DNA from: Nemertoderma westbladi
Lineage: Eukaryota; Animalia; Xenacoelomorpha
Assembly: GCA_032718475.1 (NCBI GenBank)
Contig: JAUCBJ010007309.1
Span: 34,010-98,009, forward strand
Length of the DNA stretch: 64,000 nucleotides
Direction of reading: 5' to 3'
The position numbers and the translations under genes are program-made. Under the pieces are notes generated by a model that saw nothing but the letters and a program-made list of their open reading frames with translations, made no database searches and was not told the DNA's origin. Below are positions 63,382-64,000 of this stretch, piece after piece. Within the stretch, counting starts at the first letter, position 1, and every line of letters begins with the position of its first letter.

Positions 63382-64000
63382 CTATAAGGGGCCGTACACA
63401 AATTTTGTCACGGTGCAATTTTGTGACAATTTGTGACATGGGGGAGGGGGGGGGGGGGGGGAGGTACCTATACTTGTGAGTCACAATAGCTCGAACAATA
63501 CAGTTGCTGTGAACAGACGTTGGTCTTAATGACTTTCCATAATCTGATCGACTATGTTCATGGGTGACCTGGCAGTATATTGGGATCTTTCAACTAATAT
63601 CACTGTCTATTACCCACTGTATCATGCAAGATAGGACCGATTTGTTTGTTTGTATATCGGTTGGTAGGGGAGGAGCGGAGTGGAGGTGATTATTATTTTT
63701 ATTTTCTTTTCTTAATATTCTTTCGAAACGGTTTCAAATGAGCCACTGTGGCTTTTTACCAACACTCAAAAATCAGCTCATAGCTCATCATTATAGTAGC
63801 GAATTCATAGTATCTTTGTGTTTAACCCCATACATGACCTACTAATGATAGTAGGTATATTTTTAGGGATATTATTTTATAATATAATATATATAATACT
63901 AATACTGTATATAAATATATATATTATAATATAATATTACTAAATAAACCGGTGCCACAACTAGTATTAACATAATAATTTAAAATTGAACAATGTTTAT

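Overview
AT-rich eukaryotic DNA, most likely from an invertebrate animal, with spliceosomal introns and no prokaryotic features. Host genes are: two tandem hnRNP U-like paralogues (SPRY plus P-loop; one cut by the window start), an intronless SERINC, a 4-exon AA15-type lytic polysaccharide monooxygenase (LPMO), the last four exons of a DD3-3-like gene on the minus strand, and an intronless TMEM94 that probably sits inside an intron of that gene. The rest is transposon-rich. It includes a full-length Mag-like Gypsy LTR element, an RTE-type LINE remnant split by Gypsy, CMC-like and hAT insertions, an RT-deleted Penelope element with a hammerhead-like motif, many MITEs, a tRNA-derived SINE, and tandem arrays covering roughly a quarter of the window. 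Three observations stand out. (1) A 268 x 37-bp satellite is an exact amplification of the sequence immediately upstream of a 3' splice site, giving a nearly AG-free ~10-kb intron tract. (2) TACAGTA, TACCGGTA and TAGGCCTA words cluster at 5' regions, and paired repeat arms show TACAGTA and TACCGGTA to be insertions at TA, as expected of transposon excision footprints. (3) One ~67-bp motif is shared by several unrelated MITE families. All calls come from reading the sequence by eye; no database searches were run.
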